64,000 bases of DNA from Desulfomonilia bacterium (GCA_963664325.2 CAXXDQ010000007.1:352001-416000); one strand, 5' to 3'. Numbered from the stretch's first letter, positions 9,993 through 19,625 are shown. The notes: generated by a model from the letters alone, not told the origin. Translations and numbers: made by a program.

Positions 9993-10460
9993 TTATTCGA
10001 TTGTTTCAGGTTTTATGTTTTCAACACCTAAAATCCCGCCCATATTTTTCGCCGTATCGATAAAATGACTGAGCATACCAGAGTCATAAAGTCTCGATGT
10101 CTCGGATATTATCTTGTAGGTATCGTCTTCAATCTTTTCCACAACCTCCTCACCGCTTCCGGTAAGGTAGACATGGACGCCACGCCTGTCGTCTTCGGCA
10201 TAAACCCTTTTCACATAACCCGCCTCTTCAAGCTTTCCGAAAAGACGTGTGGCGCTGCTGAAAGGCAGTCCCAGCCCGTTGACAAGTTCACGCATCCTCT
10301 GGGGGTTTTTTCTTCTAAGCATCTGCAGGGCAATTATGGCGGTATAATCAAGTCCGAATGAATTGATCTTCTGCCTTTCAAACCTGTAAACCGCTAGGAG
10401 TGACCTGAACAAAAGGTCATCAAGCTCTTTTCTCGGAATATCAATCGGAAATTTCTTCAT
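9993..10460 (-). CDS. MarR family transcriptional regulator
   Basis: wHTH with SSATRL..KLE..GYV.R and DRR..V.LT..G wing motif. Confidence 0.9.
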   Translation of the reverse strand: MKKFPIDIPRKELDDLLFRSLLAVYRFERQKINSFGLDYTAIIALQMLRRKNPQRMRELVNGLGLPFSSATRLFGKLEEAGYVKRVYAEDDRRGVHVYLTGSGEEVVEKIEDDTYKIISETSRLYDSGMLSHFIDTAKNMGGILGVENIKPETIE

Positions 10461-10479
10461 GACAGAAGGCTAGCACTTT

Positions 10480-10514
10480 TATTTCCATTGTGCAATTATA
10501 TTAATATGGAAATA
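10480..10514. promoter_or_regulatory. Inverted repeat, probable MarR operator
   Basis: tatttccat-N17-atggaaata, perfect 9-bp IR immediately upstream of marR start. Confidence 0.5.
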
Positions 10515-10671
10515 TTACCTTATGCATGACGGCTCTCAAGTATATTTATTAAAAAGTATTATCCGTATCTGATTTTTCTTGATTACAGGCTGGAACAAAT
10601 AACTCAGTCAATAACATATAAGACACTAATGGGATTTGTTCTTACAAGCACTATGCAATTATGATTGAATT

Positions 10672-10680
10672 TGTTATAAT
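10672..10680 (+). promoter_or_regulatory. Extended -10 sigma70 promoter element
   Basis: TGtTATAAT about 50 bp upstream of the lipoprotein ORF. Confidence 0.45.
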
Positions 10681-10749
10681 TAAATTTGTCACGCGGAAAC
10701 GGAGCTTCTTTTAAGAACGAAGCGGTTTAATATGGAAGGAGGTTCTTCA

Positions 10750-12468
10750 ATGAAAAACAATCAATTTCTCGGCATTCTGAATTCTTTTTTGCTTGTCTGC
10801 ATACTTGCTCTTTCAGCGGCCTGTGGCGGTGCGGGTGGAGGTGGAGGGGGTGTTGACGTTACCGGGGAAAGCAGCACGCCGCCTCCGGCTCCGACAGGCC
10901 TGACGGCTACAGCCAAGTCAGCTTCCAGGATTGATCTTTCATGGAACGCGTCGACCGATGCTGTAGGTTATAATATATACCGTAATGGCGATTACAGTCT
11001 CGCCATTGCCAACGTTTACAATCAAACCACTTATTCGGATGCCAACCTCACTGCAAATACTCCTTACAGTTACACAGTGAAAGCCTATAATTCAAATGGA
11101 AATGAATCAGGCCCGAGCAATCCGGCAAACGCAACAACACTTAATACAGCGACGATACTTTCGGGGACAAGCTCCAACGATTACGGTCGGGGTGTGGCAG
11201 TTGACAGCAGCGGCAATATCTTTGTCACCGGCTGGACCGCCGGTAACCTTTACGGGATAGGCAATCCCAACAACGCTGATGTCTATCTTACCAAGTATAA
11301 TTCATCCGGAATCAGACAGTGGACCAGATTGCTGGGTACCACGGGAGTCGTTGACCCGAGTCCAGACACTTCTCCACCGGACATGGGAAACTACGGCCTC
11401 AATGTGGCTGCAGATGGCACCTATGTATATGTGGCCGGTTACACTACCAATGGGATAGATGGGGTCGGTGCGAAAGGCTATAAAGATATTTTCCTTGTAC
11501 GGTACAACAAGTTAAACGGTGATGGCAAATCATCGATAATAGCGGGCACCACAAGTAATGATGCTGCCAATTCAGTCGCTGTTGACACAAGCGGGAATGT
11601 TTACATCGCAGGTTACACAGAAGGAGAAATGGGTGGAGCAGGCACGCATATAGGAGGAAAGGACATAGTTCTGTTAAAGTATAACTCTTCGCTTGTTCAA
11701 CAGTGGGTCAAGCAGATCGGATCAACAGGAGATGATGTCGCCACCGGTGTGGCCGTAAGTGCAAGCGGAAACAAAGTAGCCATAACAGGACAGGCCGGAG
11801 GGTCATTCTCATTCCTTGTTAATGAGCCGGGATGGGATTATTCAGGCGGTGTCAGCGATCTCTTTGTAGCCAGATTCGACAGTGCCGGCCTCAATGGAAG
11901 TCTGGTTTTCAGGGGTTCAAGCAGCAGCGACCCAGATAGAGCCGCGAGGACCACTGCGGGACTGGCAATTGCTATCCATAACGACGATTACATTGCAGTG
12001 GCCGGCATAAGCAATGGTGAATTCGGCGCGTCAAACCGTGGAGGATTTGACGTTGTTGTAGCATACTTGAAACTTACAAGCTTTACCGATTCGACCGGCC
12101 GCTGGATTCAACAGATAGGTACGGCGGAGGATGATGTCGCCTATGGCATCACGGTTGACAGCGATCCAGGGAATGTTTATGTCACCGGTTTCACGAGTGG
12201 AAGCTGGCCGCCATTCTTTACAAATAAAGGCGAGGAAGACATATTTCTAGCAAGATTCGGCTTCGGCGGCGGTCCGCCGTTTTCTGTTACCCATGCAGGG
12301 ACGTCAGGAGATGACGAAGGCAAGGCGATTGCCATCGATACAAGTAATAATTATCTATACATTGCAGGATTCACAAATGGCAACCTTGACGGGATTCCAA
12401 ATGCGGGAATTAACGACACATACGATATGTGTTTGCTGAAATTTAACACAGCAGGTACAGAGCAATGA
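10750..12468 (+). CDS. Lipoprotein with fibronectin type III domain and SBBP-type beta-propeller repeats
   Basis: Lipobox SAAC + poly-Gly; PTGLTA..IDLSW..GYNIYR..YTVKAY FN3; repeated VAVDSSGN(I/V)(F/Y)VTG.T.G; start MKNNQ after aggagg (alternative 10732). Confidence 0.85.
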   Translation: MKNNQFLGILNSFLLVCILALSAACGGAGGGGGGVDVTGESSTPPPAPTGLTATAKSASRIDLSWNASTDAVGYNIYRNGDYSLAIANVYNQTTYSDANLTANTPYSYTVKAYNSNGNESGPSNPANATTLNTATILSGTSSNDYGRGVAVDSSGNIFVTGWTAGNLYGIGNPNNADVYLTKYNSSGIRQWTRLLGTTGVVDPSPDTSPPDMGNYGLNVAADGTYVYVAGYTTNGIDGVGAKGYKDIFLVRYNKLNGDGKSSIIAGTTSNDAANSVAVDTSGNVYIAGYTEGEMGGAGTHIGGKDIVLLKYNSSLVQQWVKQIGSTGDDVATGVAVSASGNKVAITGQAGGSFSFLVNEPGWDYSGGVSDLFVARFDSAGLNGSLVFRGSSSSDPDRAARTTAGLAIAIHNDDYIAVAGISNGEFGASNRGGFDVVVAYLKLTSFTDSTGRWIQQIGTAEDDVAYGITVDSDPGNVYVTGFTSGSWPPFFTNKGEEDIFLARFGFGGGPPFSVTHAGTSGDDEGKAIAIDTSNNYLYIAGFTNGNLDGIPNAGINDTYDMCLLKFNTAGTEQ

Positions 12469-12534
12469 AAGCTTGTATACAGGTAACTGTATAAGTATTA
12501 CCGTTTACGATACTTCACAACCGGTAGTAAATTC

Positions 12535-12568
12535 AAGGCAGGGTTTTAAGCCCTGCCTTTGTTTTTTT
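12535..12568 (+). terminator. Rho-independent terminator
   Basis: aaggcagggt-tttaa-gccctgcctt stem followed by T tract. Confidence 0.85.
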
Positions 12569-12710
12569 CTGTAGGAACATGGAATTATCAAAGCAAAAAA
12601 ACGTTTGGCCTGGCTATGCCGGTTTATGTCGGTCGTTAGATATCAGTATAAACAAATTCCAACAAGTTAATCGTCCCGCTGAATGTCCCTTTACTTGCTG
12701 CACATGGTCC

Positions 12711-12989
12711 CTACAGGCAGAGAATTTCGTCGATTGTTAGATCCTGAACTCTTACCGGGTCAATCCCCTTAAGTCGTGCCGCAAGCTCTTTAGCGGATAT
12801 TTCCTTCAGCGTGCTGATGATCCTGTACTCATGATCGTCAAGCCACAAAAAGAATTTCCATGCCTTGCATTCCTTGCATTGGGTTCTTTTTTTCTCAAGA
12901 TAGGCATTGCCTTGCAGAGATTCGAGGTCCTTATGCTTCGGGCATTGAATATCAATACAAAAAGTACCGGACTTGTATTTCTTTGTCAT
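12711..12989 (-). CDS. Small hypothetical protein with four Cys (possible metal binding)
   Basis: RBS aggag; CxxxxC...CxxC. Confidence 0.65.
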   Translation of the reverse strand: MTKKYKSGTFCIDIQCPKHKDLESLQGNAYLEKKRTQCKECKAWKFFLWLDDHEYRIISTLKEISAKELAARLKGIDPVRVQDLTIDEILCL

Positions 12990-13175
12990 CGCCTTACTCC
13001 TTGTATGTTTATATGTAATTTCAATATCATTTTCGAAATTTTAACTCAACGATATTAGTTCCGGCCTCTGCCCTGTCAAACCGGCCATGAACAAACAGCC
13101 GGTCCCGGCCACCTCATTCAACATGAACCATAATCATTTTCCCTGATCAAAACAGAAAGGGTCCTGAAATTCCTT

Positions 13176-13976
13176 CTATTTTATCAGCGACACAGAAGCC
13201 CTGTCAGGCGGAGAAGAGCCTTTCTGATACATGAGCAGATACTCAAGGGGTACGATCGTGAATCCCTTGCCTCTGATACCGGCTATAATTTCCTCCAGCT
13301 CGTCGGCTGTCCATGGTGTTTCATGAAAGAGGACAATGTCGCCGTTCTGAACATTTGACACCACCCTTCCGGCCAGCATGCCGCCGGAAAGTTCGGTCCA
13401 GTCCAGCGAATCAAGGCTCCACAGGATGCCGGTAAGATCATTTTCTTCAAGTGAGTCTTTCAAATCATTATTAATGGCGCCGTACGGAGGCCTGAAATAT
13501 TTTGATTCGATGCCCGATGTTTCAAACGCGATTCGCGCCTTACGCACTTCGGCAAAGCACTTTTCCCTATTGTACGTAGAGAAATTATCATGGGAGTATC
13601 CATGCATGTACGTCTCAAAAAGCGGATCCCTGTACTGTCCGATATTCTCAGGCCCGATATTCCCGGCGACAAGGAAAAATGCAGCCGGGCATTCAAGCCT
13701 CTTCAGTATCGATAATATCTTTTCGGAATTCATTGAAGGCCCGTCATCAAAGGTTATTGACACAATCCTTTCCTGGCTCATCACGCTGAAAACAAATGCG
13801 TCTTTAAGGGACATTTCCTTTCGTCCGAGATAATCGGCATACTGATCATGAAGCAAAAACCTGTTCGGTCCTGCAATGCCTGTTTCCTTAATTTTAATAT
13901 CAGGCCCTGCGCATCCGCTTAAACAAAGGACGATCACCGTCAGCCAGACTGCAAATGTTCTGTTAATCTTCATCAT
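13176..13976 (-). CDS. Polysaccharide deacetylase (NodB/CE4) lipoprotein
   Basis: Lipobox LSGC; TFDDGP, HGYSH, FRPPYG, WSLDSLDW, IVLFH. Confidence 0.92.
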   Translation of the reverse strand: MMKINRTFAVWLTVIVLCLSGCAGPDIKIKETGIAGPNRFLLHDQYADYLGRKEMSLKDAFVFSVMSQERIVSITFDDGPSMNSEKILSILKRLECPAAFFLVAGNIGPENIGQYRDPLFETYMHGYSHDNFSTYNREKCFAEVRKARIAFETSGIESKYFRPPYGAINNDLKDSLEENDLTGILWSLDSLDWTELSGGMLAGRVVSNVQNGDIVLFHETPWTADELEEIIAGIRGKGFTIVPLEYLLMYQKGSSPPDRASVSLIK

Positions 13977-14066
13977 CTACTCTGATTTGCATTTTATATC
14001 TTGTGGCGTCAACAATGCCATCCTCTGCAGCCCGTGTTTCCTCCAGTAAGGAACGATACCGGGGAT

Positions 14067-14489
14067 TCATTCCGTAAAACCCCTTTCAGCCATTACCGAA
14101 CCTTTTCTGAAGAGCGCCATGCCAGTCTTCATCTTTCGAAATCCAAGCCCCTGGTAAAATCCCTCTTTGCCGGGGTTGGCATATAAGATTATGCTGCAAT
14201 GAGAGAGCCTCCCCTGGATGTTTTTCATAATGGCAGTCCCGATGCCCATTTTCTGTAAATCTGGGACCACTGCGATATCATAGACGGCAGCCTGATAGAC
14301 ACCATCGGAAATCGCCCGGCCGAAACCGACCAGCCGGCCGGAATGATAGGCAAATGCCGCCACATGGCTGGCTTCAAACGCTTTTTTATGCATTTCAGGA
14401 TCATCGTAAGTCATGCCAACCCGCTTCAGCGTTTCAGATACCGTCTTCCAGTCAACCCCCGAACAGTCGTTTTTAATGTCTATCTGCAC
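14067..14489 (-). CDS. GNAT family N-acetyltransferase
   Basis: VGFGRAISDG, V.PDLQKMGIG motif A, GFYQGLGF; GTG start after ggggagg. Confidence 0.88.
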   Translation of the reverse strand: MQIDIKNDCSGVDWKTVSETLKRVGMTYDDPEMHKKAFEASHVAAFAYHSGRLVGFGRAISDGVYQAAVYDIAVVPDLQKMGIGTAIMKNIQGRLSHCSIILYANPGKEGFYQGLGFRKMKTGMALFRKGSVMAERGFTE

Positions 14490-14681
14490 CAAAGCCTCCC
14501 CTGGAAAGTTTGCCTGATTCAGGAAACTCCACCTGCATATTATATAATACCAGATCTTTTTCAAATTGATTTGACTATTCGGACTGACTTACCGTACATT
14601 TTGAAACAGTGTCTTTGATTTTTCTGTCCCGAATAAAAGTCACGGGAAGGGACGATAAATAAAAATTATACGGGATTTCAG

Positions 14682-15929
14682 GTGAGCAAAACGAATACGA
14701 AAAAATCAGGTTCAAATGACGCGAATATCCTGCGGATGCCTGAAGACACGTTCCCGAGTAATCTGAGCGTCAGCATATCAAGGACCGTTACCATGCCTGA
14801 TCTTAAAAACCTCGCGGCCTTCAGAAAGGCATACAAGAAATCATGGGGCATAGACCTGCAACTCACAGGGCCGGAAGGCAAAGAGTATAACGAGGATATC
14901 GACTGTCCCTATTGCGGGCTGCCGGAATGCCTCAATATCAGGAGGCTTGTAATAATCGAGGCCTTGAGATGGGGCGAGCCCGTCATAAAGCTCTGCAGCC
15001 GGAAGCGGTTTCTATGGGGGCTTCCCCTGATGGCCAACCGCCATGTCACCGGCGGAGTCATAGCCGAGATTTCCGAAGATAAGGTCTTTCCTGATGACTC
15101 GGGCAAACCCGGGCTTGATATAGTCAAAACAGCGGCCGATCTGCTGAGGCTTGCGGGCATGTATAACCTCACAAACATAGATCTGATGGAAAATAAACAG
15201 GCCTATTATAAAAAAGAGGAATTGAGGGCGCACTCAATCCAGTATTTCAAGGCGCTCGGCATATCGGAGATAAGGGATATGTATTCACGGATCGAACCGG
15301 ATCTGCTGCTCGCAATCAGGCAGGGTAACAAAAAGGAGGCCAGGGGTCACATAAACACACTGCTTACCGCCATTCTGCACCAGGCCCAGGGAAAGTTCGA
15401 ACTAATCAAGGGGCTGTTCATCGAGCTGGTAAGCACAATGTACCGTACGGCCATCGAACTGGGAGGGACTGCGGATATGCTTCTGGGAAAGAACTATGCC
15501 TCTCTTGTTCAATTCTCGAAGATAACAAGCGAAGAGGATCTGTCTTTCTGGCTATCAAACACCCTTGACACGATAATGGATTCCATCCACCGTCACAGCC
15601 TTGATTCAAAACCCTTTCAGATTCAAACGGCGGTCAATTATATGAAGGAGCGCCTGACTGAAGATATCTCGAGGGAAGATGCGGCGCGCGCTGCCTGCAT
15701 GTCCGTCTCGCACTTTTCCCGCCAGTTTAAAAGACATTACGGCTGCTGTTTTTCCGAGCTTTTAAACAGGCTCAGGGTTGACAAGGCCCGCGAACTTCTG
15801 GCCGACAGCAACCAGACCATCGCCGAGGTGGCCCAGAATGCCGGATTTAATGACCAGAGCTATTTCAACAAGGTCTTTCGCCGTTATGTATCGGCCACAC
15901 CCCAGCAATACAGGAATTTCAACAGGTAG
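14682..15929 (+). CDS. AraC family regulator with N-terminal PocR-like sensor domain
   Basis: C-terminal double HTH (SHFSRQFK, VAQNAGFNDQSYFNKVFRR, TPQQYR); Cys-containing N-terminal sensor; start uncertain. Confidence 0.88.
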   Translation: MSKTNTKKSGSNDANILRMPEDTFPSNLSVSISRTVTMPDLKNLAAFRKAYKKSWGIDLQLTGPEGKEYNEDIDCPYCGLPECLNIRRLVIIEALRWGEPVIKLCSRKRFLWGLPLMANRHVTGGVIAEISEDKVFPDDSGKPGLDIVKTAADLLRLAGMYNLTNIDLMENKQAYYKKEELRAHSIQYFKALGISEIRDMYSRIEPDLLLAIRQGNKKEARGHINTLLTAILHQAQGKFELIKGLFIELVSTMYRTAIELGGTADMLLGKNYASLVQFSKITSEEDLSFWLSNTLDTIMDSIHRHSLDSKPFQIQTAVNYMKERLTEDISREDAARAACMSVSHFSRQFKRHYGCCFSELLNRLRVDKARELLADSNQTIAEVAQNAGFNDQSYFNKVFRRYVSATPQQYRNFNR

Positions 15930-16035
15930 TGCTCTACCCTCCCCCGCCACTTTTCTCCTGGAAGTGAAGATCCCCGAATATGCTTTTATTCTGGGAATTC
16001 ATTTTGTATAAATTTCTTTTCTTCATATAGAGCAC

Positions 16036-16091
16036 AATATTACAAAACAATGGATTAATACTCCAAGCCCAAGTTTTACAAGTGTGATATT
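16036..16091 (+). promoter_or_regulatory. Putative AraC-activated promoter (two direct repeats at 21-bp period plus -10)
   Basis: aatattacaa (16036) and aatactccaa (16057); second overlaps the -35 position of TGtGATATT (16083-16091). Confidence 0.5.
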
Positions 16092-16131
16092 TTACTGCAA
16101 TTAATCAGGCCTTAAAGAAGAGAGGTGGGCT

Positions 16132-16764
16132 ATGAATGTCCTTGAAGCATTGTCGGAATCAATACAGAAGGGAAGCCTTACTGATACGGTTGGACTTGTA
16201 ACAAGCGCATTGAACGAAGGGATAGCTCCTCAGATAATTCTAGATGAAGCCCTGATAAAGGCAATGGGGATAATCGGAGACAAATTCAAAGAAGGTGAAA
16301 TTTTTGTGCCCGAAATGCTGATTGCAGCACGTGCCATGAACAAAGCCCTGCAGATTCTTGAACCCGTAATGCTTAAAAACAGCGTAAAGGCCAAAGGCAG
16401 GCTTCTCATAGGGACTGTTCAGGGCGACCTTCATGATATAGGCAAAAACCTGGTCTGCATAATGTATAAGGGTGCTGGTTTTAATGTCATTGACCTGGGC
16501 GCGAATGTAGCTGTCGAAACCTTTGTCGCTGCAGCAAAAGAGCACAAGCCGGACATAATAGGACTTTCATCGCTGCTGACGACGACCATCAATTATATGC
16601 AGCTTGTTATTGAAGGGCTTCGTAAAAACGGGATTCTTTCAAAGGTCATCATCGGCGGAGCGCCGGTGACTCCCGAATTCGCTGCGAAAATAAATGCTGA
16701 CGGTTACGCCGACAACGCGGCAACCGCGGTCAATCTTGGAAAAAGCCTTTTAGGGTTGGCTTAG
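16132..16764 (+). CDS. Corrinoid (B12-binding) protein, MtbC/MetH cap and B12 domain type
   Basis: FVPEMLIAARAM cap; GDLHDIGKNLV (DxHxxG), SSLLTTT, IGGAPV. Confidence 0.95.
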   Translation: MNVLEALSESIQKGSLTDTVGLVTSALNEGIAPQIILDEALIKAMGIIGDKFKEGEIFVPEMLIAARAMNKALQILEPVMLKNSVKAKGRLLIGTVQGDLHDIGKNLVCIMYKGAGFNVIDLGANVAVETFVAAAKEHKPDIIGLSSLLTTTINYMQLVIEGLRKNGILSKVIIGGAPVTPEFAAKINADGYADNAATAVNLGKSLLGLA

Positions 16765-16805
16765 ATGAGAATCACAACCATGTATTTTGAAAGGAGACGG
16801 ATTTC

Positions 16806-17810
16806 ATGAAAATTAATATGGAGCAATGGCGAAATTCCATCATGAACTCGGGCTGGATTCAGGCATTTCCTATAATGAGCAACTTCGGCGTAAGCCTCAA
16901 AAACATGAGCATAAAAGATGCGGTTACAGACGGGGATAAACAGGCCGCATGCATCAAAGCCGTTTCGGATGCTTTCGATATGTGCGCCGGCAGCACCCTC
17001 ATGGATCTTTCGGTTGAGGCTCAGGCCTTCGGCTGCGAAGTTGTTATGACCGATAGCGAGACCCCTTCTGTAAGCAAAGGCATAATAACGGACATGGATT
17101 CCGCCCTCGGGCTTAAAATACCGGACCCTGCCGCTGAAAGGACCTCGGTTAACCTGAAGGCGGCCTCCATAAGTGCCGCTGAAATAAGCAGGCCTCTTTT
17201 TGCCTGCATTATCGGTCCTTTTTCCCTGGCCGGGCGGCTTATGGATATGACAAAGATCCTCATAAGCCTTTTTAACTCGGCCGATACGGTTCATCTCGTG
17301 CTGGAAAAATGTACGGAATTCCTGATTGCCTATGCATCGGCCTTCAAAAAAGCGGGCGCCAACGGAATAATCATGGCAGAACCTGCGGCAAGCCTCATCT
17401 CTCCGAAACAGTGCGCGGAATTTTCTTCGGCATATATCAAAAAGATCGCCGATGCCGTGCAGGACGACGGGTTCATCATGGTCCTTCACAATTGCGGAAA
17501 AACCCTGCGGCATGTTGAGACCATGCTTTCAACCTCGGCGCGCGGCCTCCATTTCGGAAACGCGGTCGACCTTAAAGAAATCGCCCCCAAGATACCGGAC
17601 GACATACTTTTCATGGGGAACATTGACCCGGTCTCGGTCTTCAAGGACGGAACCCCTCAGGATGTTTCCGGCAAAACGACCTCTCTGCTTGAAGCCATGA
17701 AAAGCTACACGAATTTCATAATTTCATCGGGGTGCGACATTCCGCCGGGAATAAGCAGGGCGAATTTTGACGCTTTCTTCAAAGCGGTATCGGACTTCAA
17801 CAAAAGGTGA
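16806..17810 (+). CDS. Uroporphyrinogen decarboxylase family / MtaA-CmuA-type methyltransferase
   Basis: MDLSVEAQAFG, GPFSLA, LHNCG (HxC Zn motif), GNIDP, SSGCDIP. Confidence 0.88.
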   Translation: MKINMEQWRNSIMNSGWIQAFPIMSNFGVSLKNMSIKDAVTDGDKQAACIKAVSDAFDMCAGSTLMDLSVEAQAFGCEVVMTDSETPSVSKGIITDMDSALGLKIPDPAAERTSVNLKAASISAAEISRPLFACIIGPFSLAGRLMDMTKILISLFNSADTVHLVLEKCTEFLIAYASAFKKAGANGIIMAEPAASLISPKQCAEFSSAYIKKIADAVQDDGFIMVLHNCGKTLRHVETMLSTSARGLHFGNAVDLKEIAPKIPDDILFMGNIDPVSVFKDGTPQDVSGKTTSLLEAMKSYTNFIISSGCDIPPGISRANFDAFFKAVSDFNKR

Positions 17811-17863
17811 ATCTGAACCAGTCGGAAAATCAGCTCCCACGAATTGTCGTATTTCTTACTGGC

Positions 17864-18154
17864 TCAACCTGCCCCGCTTTTAATGCGCCTTTTCCGTTCC
17901 CCGGTGAACGACCACCAGGGAAGAGGAGAGCCGCCTTCCATGAAATGAACCGCCGCCATAAACACATCGATGACGCACGGATCATGTCTTTTGCCCGTCA
18001 CCCTGTTAAGCGCCTCGTACAATTCAAACGGGTCTTTCCCGATCAGCTTTAAGGGATTATCAACACCGATCAGCATAAGGTCGGCAGCCATCGCCCTGCC
18101 GATATTAGGAAGATCTTCAAGTCTTTTTGCCGCCTTTCTGTCCGGATTCTTCAT
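17864..18154 (-). CDS. Helix-hairpin-helix protein, Cdd1 / mitomycin-resistance-like family
   Basis: LPNIG.AMA.DL, DP.ELY..L, DPCVIDVF, PWW. Confidence 0.85.
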   Translation of the reverse strand: MKNPDRKAAKRLEDLPNIGRAMAADLMLIGVDNPLKLIGKDPFELYEALNRVTGKRHDPCVIDVFMAAVHFMEGGSPLPWWSFTGERKRRIKSGAG

Positions 18155-18221
18155 CTCAAATTTTCCCTTAAATAATGATCCACGTTCTCTGCGGGCAAAA
18201 CAACTCCGCAGAGGACCATGC

Positions 18222-18593
18222 TCATGCTAGAAAACCCGCCGACAAATACAGCAGACATGACCCTGATAAAATATTCAAATATATTATTGCATTTGATATT
18301 ATCAGGCTGAACTGGCCATTTCTTTTGACGATTATTTTATGCACTACAAATGGAATCAGCCCGCCGACACCAGTTACAACGCCCAATACGAATCCTAGAG
18401 GAGAGCCTTTTTCGATTTCAATCAATCCATAGAAGATAACAAGAATTATTGGAATATGAAGCAGCAGGAAGCCGGTTACTTTTCCGGGCAGTCTTAACAG
18501 TTCCCATTCCTTTTCATAGGCCGATTCTATCTCATGCAGGATCAGTAGCGTCGCATTTATGACATACAGCATCGAGACAATTTTCATTTTCAT
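18222..18593 (-). CDS. Small membrane protein (DUF6713-like)
   Basis: NATLLILHEIESAYEKEW..L.LPG..GFLLLH; 4 TM segments. Confidence 0.7.
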   Translation of the reverse strand: MKMKIVSMLYVINATLLILHEIESAYEKEWELLRLPGKVTGFLLLHIPIILVIFYGLIEIEKGSPLGFVLGVVTGVGGLIPFVVHKIIVKRNGQFSLIISNAIIYLNILSGSCLLYLSAGFLA

Positions 18594-18631
18594 CTCCTCC
18601 GTGTTGAGGGACTTTTGATGCCCTTCTCAGC

Positions 18632-19567
18632 TTACTCTGCCTGTTTTACTGAAAGATTATCTATCGCCTTATCCAATGCAAGGTTGAATTCTTCAGGACG
18701 GTCCATCATCAGGAAATGGTCGGCTTTCCTGATAACGATTGCATCGAAAGAAAGCATATGCCTTCTGTTGGCCTTATAGTTGATCGCCGACATATCCCCA
18801 TCCACAGTAATGACCGGAATGCGGATTTTATCGAATATCTTCGCAGCATCCCCTGTGATATACTGCATCATCATCTCGTTTATGGCACTTAACGCCACTG
18901 CCGGCGGTGCGGCCGACATATCTGTGAGAATCCAGTCGCTCAGTTCCTTATCGGTTCCTGGCAGAATCATCCGGCTGATGAATTGACGGCTTCCGGTCCG
19001 AAAATCCTTTTCCATCGGCTCTGTCATTGATTTAAGCTCTTTTGATGTCAATTTATATTCTATGTCCTGAAGCGTATCTATGCCGATCAGGCCTATGACC
19101 TTATCCGGCATGAGACTGGCGGCTTCGGCAATCACCGAACCGCCCATAGAATGGCCTATCAGGATGACCTTGCCGCTGCATGCCGCAACAGTTACCGCCT
19201 TGACATCCTCGCCGAAAGACTCCATCGTATAGCTCTTGCGCGACAACCCTGAATTTCCATGCCCTGCAAGGTCAAGAAGGACTATGCGGTGTTTTTTGGA
19301 AAAATAAGGTATTTGCGCACGCCAGTATCGCTCATCGCAGCTCCACCCGTGCACGAAGACGAGAGCGGGCTCTCCTTCGCCATAGACATCATATGATATC
19401 GGAACGCCGTCTTTTGACGGGGCCATATGCGGCCAATTCGTCTGAGCCTGCAGAGTTCCGCAGATTAAAGCCAGAAACACCAGAAAACCGAACATGCATT
19501 CTGATAGTTTTATAATCTGTTTACAATAAGGTTTTCCGACAGTCTCATTATCTACCTTTGCTTTCAT
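18632..19567 (-). CDS. Alpha/beta fold hydrolase, probably exported
   Basis: VFVHGW, DLAGHG, GHSMGG, HFLMM; hydrophobic N-terminal segment; start after ggagg. Confidence 0.88.
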   Translation of the reverse strand: MKAKVDNETVGKPYCKQIIKLSECMFGFLVFLALICGTLQAQTNWPHMAPSKDGVPISYDVYGEGEPALVFVHGWSCDERYWRAQIPYFSKKHRIVLLDLAGHGNSGLSRKSYTMESFGEDVKAVTVAACSGKVILIGHSMGGSVIAEAASLMPDKVIGLIGIDTLQDIEYKLTSKELKSMTEPMEKDFRTGSRQFISRMILPGTDKELSDWILTDMSAAPPAVALSAINEMMMQYITGDAAKIFDKIRIPVITVDGDMSAINYKANRRHMLSFDAIVIRKADHFLMMDRPEEFNLALDKAIDNLSVKQAE

Positions 19568-19625
19568 TATATATTCCTCCTTTGGCAGCTTTATCATCAA
19601 AAGCTGTCTGCTTCACATGATACCT

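Noticed and set aside
10685-10730. c-di-GMP riboswitch in the lipoprotein leader
   Set aside because: Only superficial similarity; lacks the GGCAAAC...GACGCAAAG two-stem architecture.
15930-16131. Cobalamin riboswitch upstream of the corrinoid gene
   Set aside because: AT-rich with no B12-box or conserved core; better explained by AraC direct repeats.
16132-17810. Pyrrolysine-type methylamine methyltransferase system
   Set aside because: No MttB/MtbB/MtmB-like ORF, no in-frame TAG readthrough candidate, no pyl genes.
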